From Camelus dromedarius (lineage: Eukaryota), in contig NC_087436.1 of NCBI RefSeq assembly GCF_036321535.1, forward strand, positions 110,796,001 through 110,860,000: a DNA stretch of 64,000 nucleotides, read 5' to 3'. The number at the start of each line of letters is the position of its first letter. Position 1 is the stretch's first letter. The notes beneath the pieces are model-generated. The model was not told the origin of the DNA. It did no database searches and saw only the letters and a program-made list of their open reading frames with translations. Below, one piece after another: positions 13,344-25,774 of this stretch. The translations under genes were made by a program, and so were the position numbers.

Positions 13344-15157
13344 GTGTGTCAGAGGCTGCCAATTCCCCCGATATACATTCTCCCCTTCTTAATATATAGT
13401 GATGGAATTCCGATTATTAACTGGACACATGGCCTCCAGGCATAAAGACCACATTCACCAGTGGACATTACTTCAGTGATGGAAACACTATTAACAACCA
13501 GCTTCTGCTTGGACATCTAAAGAACTTGGAAGTCACACCACCTTCCTCACAACAAGAGAAAATCTTTCAGATTTCACTTCAAACTGAAAATTAACAACTC
13601 TGCTTAGGTCCATTGGAGAACTGAGGGCAGAAGGCAAACCAATGCCCTGGAAACTGGAAAGATAAACAGGCAAATACAGAGAATCACAACAGAGAACACA
13701 CAGAGCCTTCTCTTCTTCACCTGCCCTTAAGGGAAACTGCTTTATAGAGCCTAACTCATGTGGGAGAAATACACAACTCCAGCCCCTACGCCAGCCTTCC
13801 TATCTCACCTAAGTAAGAAAAATTAAAAGCTGAGAAGCACTTGTGAAGGTCACAGCCCGGTGACTCTCACTAAAAGACTGAGAGTGAATCACAGGAGTAT
13901 AGAATGCTTTCCCATGTCACCCCACACCTTACCACCACATCAGCAGAGCTCCTGGATAATAGGAGATTTCAACTGTTATTGAACTGAACTGAAAGGCTAA
14001 GACTCTATTCAAGAAGAGGCTCCTAAGGAAACCCAAAGACAACCCAGAAGACAAATAAGGATGCTAGAGAAAACTGAAGCCTCAAACACCTACAGCTGGT
14101 AAACAGAGACATCTTCTAGTGAGATAAACATAAAACCACACACTAAAGACCTATTTGCCTCAATCCCTGTTACCCAATACACCATGTCTGGCTTTCAACA
14201 AAAAATTACAAGGTATTCTAATGCCTTTTAGTCAAGAAAAAAAACCAATCTTAAGACACAAAGCAAGCAATCAAACCAGGCTCATATATGACATATATTT
14301 TGGAATTATCAGACCAGGCAAAATAACTATGATTCATATCCTAAGCCTCTAATGGAAAAAGTGGACAACATGGAAGAACACATACAACGTAAGTGGAGAG
14401 ATGGAAAAGCTAAGAAAAAAATCAAAAGGAAAAGCTAGAAATCACAACCACTGTCACAGAAATAAAAATTAGCATTTGCCAGCTTCCTTTTTAGTTAGGT
14501 GCAACCATATGGCAGTGTTCTAACAGGACGTGAGAAGAACTGATACGTGCAACTTTCAGCTCAGTTTTTGAAGGGGCCAGTTTCTATAATAGCCTTTAGG
14601 CTTGTTCACTTACATCCCACTGTAGGATTGTACTTCCTGACTCTTTGATGTTAGGTATGACCATGTGATCAGTTCTGGCCAAAAAGGTGAAGGGCAAAGT
14701 CTTTTAACTGCTGATGCAAAACTATCTAGCTTGCCCTTCTCTTGCCATAGGCCCTCACAATGTTCCAGATGGAGCATATCCAACCTCTGTTGTCCCTGAG
14801 TGAGAGTAACATGAGGCAGAATCCCTAGTGACCCATCATAAATATGTCACATAAGCAAAAAATAAGCCACTAATGTTTGGGAGATGATTATTACTATAGC
14901 ACAAATTAACCTATTCCCACTAAACTCCCTTCCCTTTCCCTCTCCATCCTCACCCTAGCTGAAACTCAGATGTGATGGTGAGCTACTTTGGATCATGTGA
15001 ACAAGGTCATAGCAATAAAATGAAAGGAACCTGTGTCTCTGAAGAATTCTCGGAGCAGTCATAATATCAGTTCAAATTTCTCTATAAAAGAGAAATAAAA
15101 TTCTCTTTTGCTTAAAACATTTCTTCTGTTATAGCTGAGTCTATATCCTAACTAATA
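13344..15157 (+). mobile_element. MLT1J-like MaLR LTR split by an L1M 5'/ORF1 fragment (about 13495-14468) and a second MLT1 LTR (about 14585-14922)
   Basis: MLT1J start (TGTGTCAGAGG...CATTCTCCCCTTCTT), resuming at about 14470 (CATTTGCCAGCTTCC...GTTAGGTG) and about 14925, ending ...GAGAAATAAAATTC...CCTAACTAATA. The inner L1 has CATGTCTGGCTTTCAACAAAAAATTACAAGG and CTCTAATGGAAAAAGTGGACAACATG. Confidence 0.6.
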
Positions 15158-15779
15158 AAGTAGCCCATGCCTCCTCTAACTGTTCCTTACTCTTCCATCT
15201 CAAAGAAATCCTGAAAGCCCCCTTTGTTACCGTAACATTATACACTTTGAAGTTCTGTATTTCACCATGCATTTATAAACAGATTTGGACACATCACTGC
15301 ACTAATTGTTAGTTCTCAGGAAGTGTTACATGAAAATGATGAATGCCATCACCCACATGTGTGTAACCGAGGGAGAAGTTTGATTCCTGTCCTATCCTGG
15401 CTTTTGTTTGAAACCCAATGTATTTAGAGACGTGAGTTTCAACAGTGCAACCACTGAAATGACCAATATTGCCAATAAGGGGGAAGTCAAAAGCTGGCCA
15501 GCAGAGAACTCAGTGTTTATAATGGAAACTGCCCCAGGTGAGGTGAAAAAGCTTAACAGGCGTATCTTATAACGCCTTTGTTGAACTAGCAAGTGCGTAA
15601 TCAGAGGCAATTAAAATGCCTTAAGTTAAAAATCAGCCCATTTCTCCAATTAAATCATTCCCCAAAGTCACATAAACAGTATATATTCCCAAAGTTTTTG
15701 TGTAATTTTATCACTCATGATGCTATTTGAAAGACTGCAAATTTTCAAGAACAGAAACTGTAACTCATACTGAATTAAA

Positions 15780-16635
15780 CAAAAGGAGGGAACTAACTGG
15801 ATCCTCTGGAAAACTAGATAAGGCTTCAGGAAAAGCTTGATCCAACAGCTAAAACAATGACCAGAAACTAGTTTGTCTCCATTTTTGGATCCACTTTTAG
15901 GTGTTGGCTTCAATCTCTAAGGTACCTCCCCACCCCTCCTCCCATCTCAGGAAGGCTGCCATAGGACTACGTGTTCTCTTGTTTATCACCATCAGGAAAG
16001 CATATGCCACCCCATCACAACAAAAATCTGGAGTCCCAGTGTGACTGAACTAACTTAGGTCATACGTCCATTCCTGAGCAGAAGAGGCGAGAGCTGAGAC
16101 ACATGCTCTATCTTTTTTTTTTTTTTTTTTTTGATTAATCAGCATTCTCTGAGGCAAAGGAAGAGACAGATACCTGCAGCATAGATTTCTGGTTTCTTTT
16201 CCTCACACACAGGCAACTAGAATGCATTTCCCTGCTTTTTTTGCAGTTAGGTGTGGTCCTGTGATGAAACTGTAGCCAATGGCATGAAAATCTTGCCCAT
16301 GACAACTTTCCACACGTGATACTCTCTACCTTTTCCCACCTGTCTGCTAAGGATGGGACTCTAAAAATTTAGAGGAGGACAGACCCAAGAAGTTGGAAGG
16401 ACTGGAGACCTCTGCATAAGGAAGCAGAAACCACTTTCCCAGGACCACTCACATCAGAATACGACATGAGAGGGAAGTGTATTTTTATAATACTTAGACA
16501 TTAAAAAATTACCATTAATTTATTACAATAGTCAGCATTACTTTAATATGATACTGCAAAGAATATTGGAGTGACGTTTCCAAGACTGGAGCAAATGGAT
16601 GCTGGACAGCTCAAAATAAGCAATGTCCACTGCAA
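15780..16635. mobile_element. Antisense old MLT1 LTR with a sense MLT1-type LTR inserted at about 16155-16550
   Basis: AACTTAGGTCATACGTCCATTCCTGAGC (antisense MLT1). The inner element has GCATTTCCCTGC...GCAGTTAGGTGTGGTCCTGTGA. The outer element resumes AATGGATGCTGGACAG...AATGTCCACTGCA. Confidence 0.55.
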
Positions 16636-17244
16636 CAATGTTTTTTTTAAATTTTGGATTATCTTTAAATAAAATGGAAGCAATTATGCTGCCAGAGACA
16701 TCTCAGTCTATGTGCATTTTCTTTTCTAGAAGAGGAGAATTGTAATGACTTAGCCACAAACCAAATAAACAAAGCAGCAATTGCCTCTTGTACTATAATA
16801 AGCCTTTTGCAAACATGCCTTGCCTTTGCACATGGCTTCCTTAATAAATGGGTGCTATTTTCTTATGTTCGCCAACAGTCGTATCAAATAAGAGATGCAA
16901 TTTAAATTTGCTCTGCATCTCAGAGAACCCTCTTCAATACAACTAGCATTTTCTAAAATGAAAAATGTATTTTTCTAAAATCTCTTCCTCTTCGATTTTA
17001 ACATGCAAACACAAAGCAAGCTGAAGAGAGCAAAAATCAAGAGGCAAAGAGAAGCCAATATAGAAGAAGCTGTGAACCAGTTCCAAAGCCAGTAAGAGAG
17101 GCAACGGAGAGTGACTGGTTGAAGCCCAAGCCAATTATCTCCTATCTGAAATGGAATATGCCCAGAGTAGAATGAGATTGGTACCAAGATCAAAGCATGA
17201 GCAGGTGTTCAAAAAAAATCAGGAATCAACATGCCAGATGACAG

Positions 17245-17600
17245 GCAAGTATGTGCTCTGCCTGGAGAGTTCCTTCCCTTTTAGCTGGATAAATTCTACA
17301 CATCTTGCAGGGCTCAGTTGAAATATCAAAACCTTGGGGCAGATTTTGATGACAATTCTCTCCTAACTTCCATGTAGCTTTTCCCCCTCTTATAATTTCC
17401 TTAATGACATGTACTCTTCTTCCATTGCTCATCTCTTTATTGTAATTGCAGAGTTTACTGTGTAATTATTTAGTGTCTGTCTTCCCATCTAGAGTGGAAG
17501 TTCTATGGGGCAAAGACCATGCTGCCTTGTTTGCCTGTATATTTCCAGGGCCTAGCACAATGCTTGGCACACAGTGGGGACTCATTAATTCCAATGACAT
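17245..17600 (+). mobile_element. LINE-2 3' end
   Basis: TGTCTGTCTTCCCATCTAGA...TTCCAGGGCCTAGCACAATGCTTGGCACACAGTGGG. Confidence 0.8.
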
Positions 17601-19204
17601 TCTGGTGAGTGGTGGGACTGGCCTCACGCTGTTTTTAAAGGACCTGAGTACATCTTAGACTGAGAATTTCCTTCTGGCCAATTTTGGGGGGGAAAAAAAC
17701 CTAGAAACCAATGGAACATCATTTTTGAAATCATTTAAAAAATCATCTATTTTGTAAAAACACTTGGAAAAATTGTGGGAGTTTTTCTCTGGATTCCCCC
17801 AAGAAGGAGACAGATACTGCCACATCATTATATACAGACTACTATCTTGGAAATGACAAAAATTAAGCTGGTATGGAACAACCCCCTAACTCCACCACAG
17901 CCTTCCCCTCATTTATTTCCCTGGAGAAGAAATATGGTCCAGCCCATAAACTCCAGATCAATCTCTATTCGGTCAATCAAGCTTTGTCACTTCCCTGTTA
18001 CATAATCCCCAAACCCCTTCCCCTCTCTGAGAGAACCCAGTTTTTTTTTTTCATTTTTATAATGGTCTGAATGAACAGCTCAAAAGGTTGTAAAACTGGA
18101 AAACTGGAGTGAGATAATATGGGTAAACAGCTTAGCTCCAGGTCTGTGACAGTAGCTATGTTCTATTATTTTTTTCTTAGATATTTCTGTGCATTACTGT
18201 GTGTCTGTGTGTGTGTGTGACTTTATGCTCACAGTGAATATTAATAAGAGCACAAGTTCATTCTACACTTTTGGCTCCATTCTCAAAAAAAAAAATCCTT
18301 TAATTGCCTTTACAAAGTCTTAAGTTAGATAACCCTCCTTATTCAAGCACTGTTGAAGGTAGCTGTACTAAATCCAGATGACAGCAACCTTCTTGGGAAT
18401 CACTCATTTTCTGCTCAGACATATGTCTCAAATCATCTGTCTTACTTAGAAAATGACATCTGGACACAGCCTGACCCAGTCTGAATGAACAAAAAAGTCT
18501 TCATCAAAGTCTTCACCAACAGAGCCATTTTCCTGGCAGCCAACCTTCTCCTCATCCTTACTCAAGAAGCATTTTTTAAGGGTCTATTCTATGCCAGGTG
18601 TGTTTTAAGTACTGCAGATATTTTCAAGGGACTCCCAATTAGAGATCAGACATGCACACAAAAGTTGCACTAAAATGATGTGGTTCCCAGAATAAAAGTT
18701 GTTGCAGGATACAGTGGCAGCTCCAAGGAAGAAATGATCTGTGTAGGGAACAAGGGAGCTCAAAATGTTTTGAAAGACTGTGATAGATGAGCTAAATCTA
18801 GAAAAAGAAATGAATGTTGCTTCCTTATTGCAAAAAAGGGGGATATTAAAACCCTCCCACAGAATTTTTAATACTAAGATCCATATTAGCAGTGGTATCC
18901 TATTACTGAAATCTTGGGGCCCACTTACAGAGATCTGCATTAGGCCAGGTACCAGAAAACATATCCAGGAACCCTTCTATCTTAATAGATAGATGATTCA
19001 GGTACCTGCCATATGTAAAAAAATTCTAACCCATTGATGATTTTGGAAAGGATGACTAGATAGGACATCTCTTAATCACAGATAGGAACCTTTAAGTAAA
19101 TTTGGCACCAGAAATTAGCAATAGTAGCAATAGACATAGCAAGTGTAGCAAGCAAGGGGAGAAGTCATAAGAGGTTATCAAAGTCCTTAGCAGAAAAGAA
19201 TGAC

Positions 19205-19440
19205 AACAGTAACAGCTAAAATTGATTGAATGCTTACTGTACTATTATTTATATGCATCAACCAATTTAATCCTCAATCCCATGTACTAGGATTATTCCC
19301 ACTTGATAGATGAGAAAGTCAAGGCAGAGAGATATTAAGCAATTTGTCCAAGATCCCAGAGCTAACAAATACATGATCTAAACAGAATGCAAACCCAGGT
19401 GGTCTTACTGCAAAATCCAAGCTGAGAATCTCTTTGCTAA
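19205..19440 (-). mobile_element. MIR SINE
   Basis: TTGAATGCTTACTGT...TTTAATCCTCAA...TAGATGAGAAAGTCAAGGCAGAGAG...AAACCCAGG. Confidence 0.75.
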
Positions 19441-21205
19441 ATGGCCTGAAAACCAGCAGTTCTGTCTAATCAGTTTGGCAGGAGACAATCCAGGAGGATG
19501 ATTAGCAAACTCTGATCCTGGGGCACAAGTCACTAGGTCCACACTGGCTACTATCCCTGCAGGGCCAGGAGTCAGAAGCCTGCTGCTGATGTAAAGGCAA
19601 GGTGGTGAAGTAGTTCACTGGAGTTAGGTGTGCTTTCTCTGAAGCCAGAAGTCAGTGAAGACAATAGTTTCCCTGAAATTAGTACAACAGCAGTCCCCTT
19701 CATCTAACGAATTTTTTTAATTGCATAGAAACTTTTAGAAATAGCTCCCTCCCAATTTATCACTTCCACAACCCACAGAGCCCAGAATTTTCCACTTCAT
19801 GTCTGTTCTGTGGGTTTAAACTCATGATCTTCATATTAATTCTTCCAAAATGACATTTTATCATGGAGACTATCACCATTTAACTTCCTTGTGTCAATAT
19901 TAATGATGGCATTTGCGTGTTTATTAGGTAAAAATTGGGTCCTGACAATCATGCAGTCAATTCCAGGACCCACAAACTCATTCATCAAGACTCCTCAATT
20001 GCTTTTTTAATTTCTTCTGTTGACATTGACCCTGTGTGAGGTTACTTATAAAAAATCTTTATGAATACAATTTATGACTTAATTTTAACAAGTATTAGAT
20101 AGATGTTACCACTGAGTCCATGACCTGAGGTGGTATAGATTCCTATCAGACAGCATCAAGATTCATTTAAATTTCTCATTTTGTAATTCCTGTTCTATTT
20201 TCCCAGCAGCACTAAGAGTCAAATATAAATGAAATGAGAAGTTCTTTCACATTAACTATTCTTTATTGATTTCTTGGAACAGAAATGTAGATCTTTCTGA
20301 AGAAATTGGAGTGTTCAAAAGCAAACCACCTAAAGGGAAAAAAAGAATATTTTTATATGTGCCTACAATAATTGTACTATAAAAGAAATTTTTTTCCAAT
20401 GTATGCAATAAATGTGTCCTACACTCTGTATTCCTAAGCTGACATTCTTAAATGAACAATAGAAACATAATTTTTTAAGCTTGAGATGTTTTAAAAATAT
20501 ACTCATTGAAGGATTTCAAACTGACCACCAACAGTATAAATACTGTTTGCCCAATACAGAGTTTTTAAAAATAGAAAAATGTTACAAAAAGCCTTGATTT
20601 ATAATTTCTTTTGAAAAGGCAAAGATCTGGCCACATTGTGCCCATAACTCCCTGTGGAAATAACGGGTCTGTCCCAGAGATACTCTGTTCCTTCTCCAGT
20701 TGTTACAGTTCCACTGCTCATTTCTGTCTTATACCTGCTCTCTTCACTCCCTCGTATTATTTGCTTGATATCCGACGACTTTTGAGTTGTCAATTCCCGT
20801 TTTGCTCAACCACCTCATTTTACAGATAAGGAAACTGAGAATCAGAGGGACTAAATAACACATCCACACAAGGATGAGATCTAGGTCCCAGTCTCCTAAT
20901 CCATGTCACACTGTTTTCTTACTATAAAGTTTGCCTTTCACAATATCTATCAATTGTAATAACTATGACCTTCTTCACAGATCGTAATGGAATGCTTTAC
21001 ACTTACAGATCTGTCATCAGAAACACATACCAGAGGATTGCCCAGAATGATAAGATGCATATTGCAATGCCGTATTGCATTGATTTCTGTCTGATGCCTG
21101 CAGTAGTGATTCTGCAATACTCTAAACACAAGTACTGCTGAGCCCAAGAAACTGTACATGGTCTTAGAAAAGAAAATCTGATGATAAAAACTTAGAAACA
21201 TCTCC

Positions 21206-21728
21206 TGTAGTAAGCACCCAAGATGGCCCAGTAATCTACATCTCCTGGTATTCATGCCCTTTAGTAGTTCTCCTCCCCTCGAGAGAGAGTAAACTTAATG
21301 ACTCACTTCTAATGAACAGACTATAGCAGAAGTAATGGTATGTCACTTCCACAGATTAGGTTATAAAAAGCTGTGGCTTCTGCCTTGGGGTGCTCTCACT
21401 TGCTTACTCTTAGACTTCTTGTCAGACTGTCATTTTGTGAAGCAACCCTGTGAAGAGAGCCATGTGGTGAAAGACTGCGGCTTGCCAACAGCCACACAAG
21501 CAAGCTGGTAGCAGGACCCCTTCTATACTCTATACTCCGTACTCTAGATGAGGTCACAACCCCAATCAAAAGCTTGATGCAATCTCATGAGAAATCTTGA
21601 GCCAGAAACTTCTAATAAGCCATTCTTGGATTTCTGACCCATAGAAACTATGAAAGAATAAATGGTTGCTGTTTTAAGCCATCAAGTTTTGGGATAATTT
21701 TGTTACATGGCAATAGTCAAATAATACA
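21206..21728 (+). mobile_element. MaLR solo LTR (MLT1E/F-like), near full length
   Basis: TG...CA ends, with CAAGATGGCCC, CTCCTGGTATTCATGCCC, GACTCACTTCTAATGAACAGA, AATAAATGGTTGCTGTTTTAAGCC and TTGTTACATGGCAATAG. Confidence 0.85.
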
Positions 21729-21804
21729 GACTCCTTGAACATAAACAGAGATCCCTGTGTGTGCTGAGCCCCTTAAAATTTTTAACACATATTACAAATA
21801 AGGT

Positions 21805-21868
21805 ATGTGTATGTGTGACATATAGATATATCTATATATAGATATATAGATATACACACACATATATC
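21805..21868. repeat. Mixed TG/TA/CA low-complexity microsatellite
   Basis: Seen directly. Confidence 0.8.
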
Positions 21869-22984
21869 ATAAATGTGGAATCACATACTGATTAAAAACA
21901 CATGTATGAGTAAAATAGAACTGTGTTCAAATCCTGTCTCTGCCATTTATTAGCTAGATGACTTTGGAAAGATATTCACCAGTAATTTCCTCAACTGATA
22001 AATGAGTTTAGCATTCTTACTGCATTTTATAAATGACTCTACTTTTATACTTAATCATACTTCATTGTAGTTACTTATTACAGCACACTCTGAGGTCAGA
22101 TCAGTTCCAGTGGGCTCAAACCAAATATAAGTCAGAAGGTCATCCATGCATTCCAAAACACCTAGGCTTCATGGTGGGCTCTACCATCCCATCCTAGACT
22201 AGGCTCACCTTCCCCAGGAAGCTTACCTAAAGCTACAATCTCTTCTGGGCCTGGGGTCATGGCTGGGCTCCGAGGAGTATGGTAGCCGTAAGTACAAATA
22301 TTCTATTATTGTTTCTCATGCCTACCACTTCCAGAGCCTCCATGATTTGTTTTCCAGCCCTCTACTGAGAGCTCATGAAGTTATTTTTACAGCCAGAGTA
22401 GCTGATACAGGAAATGAGTGTTGTGTAACCTTTATTCTTGTAGACTTCCTACAAGATTTAGACATTTTTTCCAAAGTTTATGGGTATCAGATTGACCCAT
22501 CTGTGAAATGATGTTTATAGACACTTTCTTTGTAAATATCATAAGTGATATGTATCCAAATGACATGTACTCTTCGGGGGACAATAATTAGCTGACTCTT
22601 TGATCATTAGGTTTTTATACAGCTCAAGATGAATAGAGGAAAGCTGTCTGAATAAACTACTTATTTTTAACCCAAGTTCAAGATTTTTAAATCACCATCC
22701 TACAGATTATTACTTTTCTCTGCCTTTTCACAATTAACATCTTTGGCTTACCACTCCCTAAAGGAGAAAGAAATTTTCACAGAGCAGCTTGCTCAGGATT
22801 ATTTATGGATATAAAAATTTGCAATCCAAGGTTGGTGATAGCTCTGTCCAAGAGTCCAGAGTATCTGTGTGGGCAGCTGTGGCTGTTTTTCTGTGTCATC
22901 AAACCAAAAAAAGTATGCCTGAGCAATTATTCACAATTTGATTAAAATTATTTAGAACCTATTTAAATTTACCCCTTTATTTAA

Positions 22985-23572
22985 TAGATTTTTATTGGAC
23001 ATGCCTATGTGCCAGGCAACACTCTAAGCACAAAGATAAGTGAGATGCCACACTTACCCTCAAGTGGATTATACTCTTATGGCAGAGACATATGTTAAAA
23101 AAAAGAATAATACTACAATTTATTAAGAAAAGTTCAACACTCTAATGTATTAGAGGATCATTAATTATTGAAAGCAGGAAGAAAATTCTGCCTGAAGAGT
23201 TAGTGAAATAAATCTAGGAAGAAAGAGAGTTTGAGTTAAGCCTTGAAGGATGAGCAGGAAAATATCAATGAGTAGAGAAATGAAAAGGTTAACAGATCTC
23301 CAGGTTCAATCATAAAAACTAAAGCAAGGAGTTGTGGAGGGCAAGGAAGTGTTTGAATAGCCTCAAGAATAAAGAGCTTAAAGTATATAAAGATTATATT
23401 GGGAAATAAGGATTGAATGGAAGGATGGGCCCAGATCAGGAAAAACATCCAGACATGAAAGAAACAAAGGTGTAATCTAGGGCAGCAGCAGCTAAAACAA
23501 AAGAGGTCAACAGATTCAAAAATGACAGCCAAATTAGAAAAGAACTGTCACAATTAAGAAACTGACTGGACA
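22985..23572 (-). mobile_element. LINE-2 3' fragment (antisense)
   Basis: TTTATTGGACATGCCTATGTGCCAGGCA...TGAGTTAAGCCTTGAAGGATGAGCAGGA. Confidence 0.7.
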
Positions 23573-23889
23573 CATGTGCATTATTTTATTTGGAGGATTT
23601 TGTTATTGTTTGAAGCAAAAAAAAGATAAATAAAGGAGAAGAAATTAAAGATATAAAGATAATAAGATAATTTTTTAAAAAGGATACAGCAAAAAAAAAG
23701 GGAGTATATCTTGGAAGACACAAAGGGATAGTTGAGAAATGTTCTATTTGAAGAGTCAATGGGACATAGAGAGTTTAGAATGGTTGAAAGCTTGAAGGCT
23801 AATGAGGGAATGAAGGGGAAGTAATTAAGGTGATTACTTCAAAAAGTAAGTACCAGGTAGTATAACAGAAGATCTAATGCAGATATGCA

Positions 23890-25121
23890 GAGGTCTTTAG
23901 GAGGAGATCAAAATAATAGTCATAAATAAGCTTAACCAGGAGAAGAATGGATGAACTCAGTGAGAACTACAACAGAGAGGGAGGAAATACAAAAGAGGAA
24001 CCAATCAGAACTGAAGAATACAATAAATGAAATGAAAAAAAAAACCCACTAAAAGCAATCAAAAGCAGTTTAGAGCATGTAAAATAATGAATCAATGATC
24101 TGGAAGACAAGTAGAAATCACCCAATCAGAACATCAAAAAGGAAAAAGAATAAAAAAGATGAGGGTAGTTGAAGGGACCTCTGTAACAAAATCAAGCATA
24201 CTAACAGTTGTATTATAGAGGTCTCAGAAGAAGAAGAGAAAGAGAAAGAAATAGAAAATCTATCTGAAGAAATAATCACAAAAAAATTTCTCTAACCTGG
24301 TGAAGGAAATAGACATCCAAATCCAGGAAGCACAGAGAGTCCCAAACAATGAACCCAAAGAGACTCACACCAGACACATAATTAAAATGTCAAAAGTTAA
24401 AGATAAACAGAGAATCTTAAAAGCAGCAAGAGAAAAACAACTAGTTACATACAAGGGAACCCCTATAAGATTATCAGATAATTCTTCAGCAGAAATCATA
24501 CAGGTCAGAAGGTACTGGCATCATATATCAAAAGTACTGAAAGGAAAACACTAACAACCAATAATACTCTACCTAGCAAGGTTATCATTCAGAATTGAGG
24601 GCAAGAAAGAGTTTCCCAGAAAAGCAAATGCTAAAGAAATTCTGCATCACTAAACTAGCCTTAAAAGAAATGTTAAAGGGTCTCTTTCAAGGAAAAAAGA
24701 AAAGGCCATAATAATAATACGAAACTATATGAAGGATAAAAATCTCACTGGTAAAGGCAAATATATAGTAAAGGCAGTTGATCAGCCATGTAAAAAGCTA
24801 GCATGAAGGTTAAAAGACAAAAGTTGAAAATCAACTATAATTATAATAAGTAGCTAAAGGATACATATAAAGATGTAAAATGTGACATCAAAAACATAAA
24901 ACATGGTGGGGAGTAAAAAATTTAGAGATTTTAAAATGTGTTTGAACTTAAATGACTATCAGTTTAAAATACTATATATAGATACAGATGTAGATACAGA
25001 TACAGATATAGATATACAGGAACCTCAAGGTAAGCAAAAACCTAAAGTAGGTACATAAAAAATAAAGAGAAAGGAACTCAAACATAATACTACAGAGGTC
25101 ATCAAATGACAGGGAAAGAGA
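23890..25121 (+). mobile_element. Older LINE-1, ORF1 and inter-ORF region (decayed)
   Basis: ORF 24300-24554 (DIQIQEAQRVPN...HIIKMSKVKDKQRILKAAREKQLVTYKGTPIRLS) is L1 ORF1p. Frameshifts and stops are present. Confidence 0.93.
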
Positions 25122-25293
25122 GGAGGAAGGATATAGCTCAGTGGTAGAACACATGCTTAGTTAGCATGCATAAGGTCCTGGGTTCAATCTACAGTACCTC
25201 CAGTAAATAAATAAACAAACAAACAAAATAAAATAAACCAACATAATTACCTACCTCCTCCAAAGAAAAAAAACAAACAAAACAATTTTTTTT
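25122..25293 (+). mobile_element. Camelid tRNA-Ala-derived SINE (Vic-type)
   Basis: A-box TAGCTCAGTGG, B-box-like GGTTCAATCT, A-rich tail. TSD AATGACAGGGAAAGAGA (25105-25121) and AATGCTAGGGAAAGAGA (25294-25310). Confidence 0.88.
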
Positions 25294-25383
25294 AATGCTA
25301 GGGAAAGAGAACAAGAAAAGAAAGAATAAAAAAAAAAATGAGAAAGCAATTCACAAAATGGCAGTAAGTAAGTACCTATCAAT

Positions 25384-25690
25384 AAATACAAAACAGAAAC
25401 AGACTCATAGACATAGAATACAAACTTGTGGTTGCTGGGGGAAGTGGGGTGGGAAGGGACAGACTGGGAGTTTGAAATCTGTAGATACTGACAGGCATAT
25501 ATAGAATAGCTAAACCAGATTATACTGCATAGCACAGGGAAATATATACAAGATCTCATGGTAGCTCAAAGTGAAAAAGAATGTGACGATGAATATACGT
25601 ATGTTCATGTATAACTGAAAAATTGTGCTCTACAATGGAAATTGACACAACATTGTAAACTGATTATAACTCAACAAAAAAAAAGAAAAA
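25384..25690 (+). mobile_element. 5'-truncated young L1 3' UTR with A tail, inserted at the start of the older L1 ORF2
   Basis: ACAAAACAGAAACAGACTCATAGACATAGAA...GAAATTGACACAACATTGTAAACTG...A-rich tail. The host ORF2 start (ATGGCAGTAAGT...TCAATA) resumes after it as ATTACTTTAAATGTAAGTGG. Confidence 0.85.
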
Positions 25691-25774
25691 ATAATCATAA
25701 TTACTTTAAATGTAAGTGGAGTAAATATTTCAATCAAAAGATACAAGATGGCTGAATGGATAAATAAGATCTTT

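Noticed and set aside
17003..17095. Short charged ORF MQTQSKLKRAKIKRQREANIEEAVNQFQSQ
   Set aside because: It is only about 30 codons in purine-rich sequence, with no recognisable homologue or transcript signals.
25122..25203. tRNA-Ala gene
   Set aside because: It has an anticodon-loop duplication, a degenerate acceptor stem, an A-rich tail and a TSD, so it is a SINE rather than a tRNA gene.
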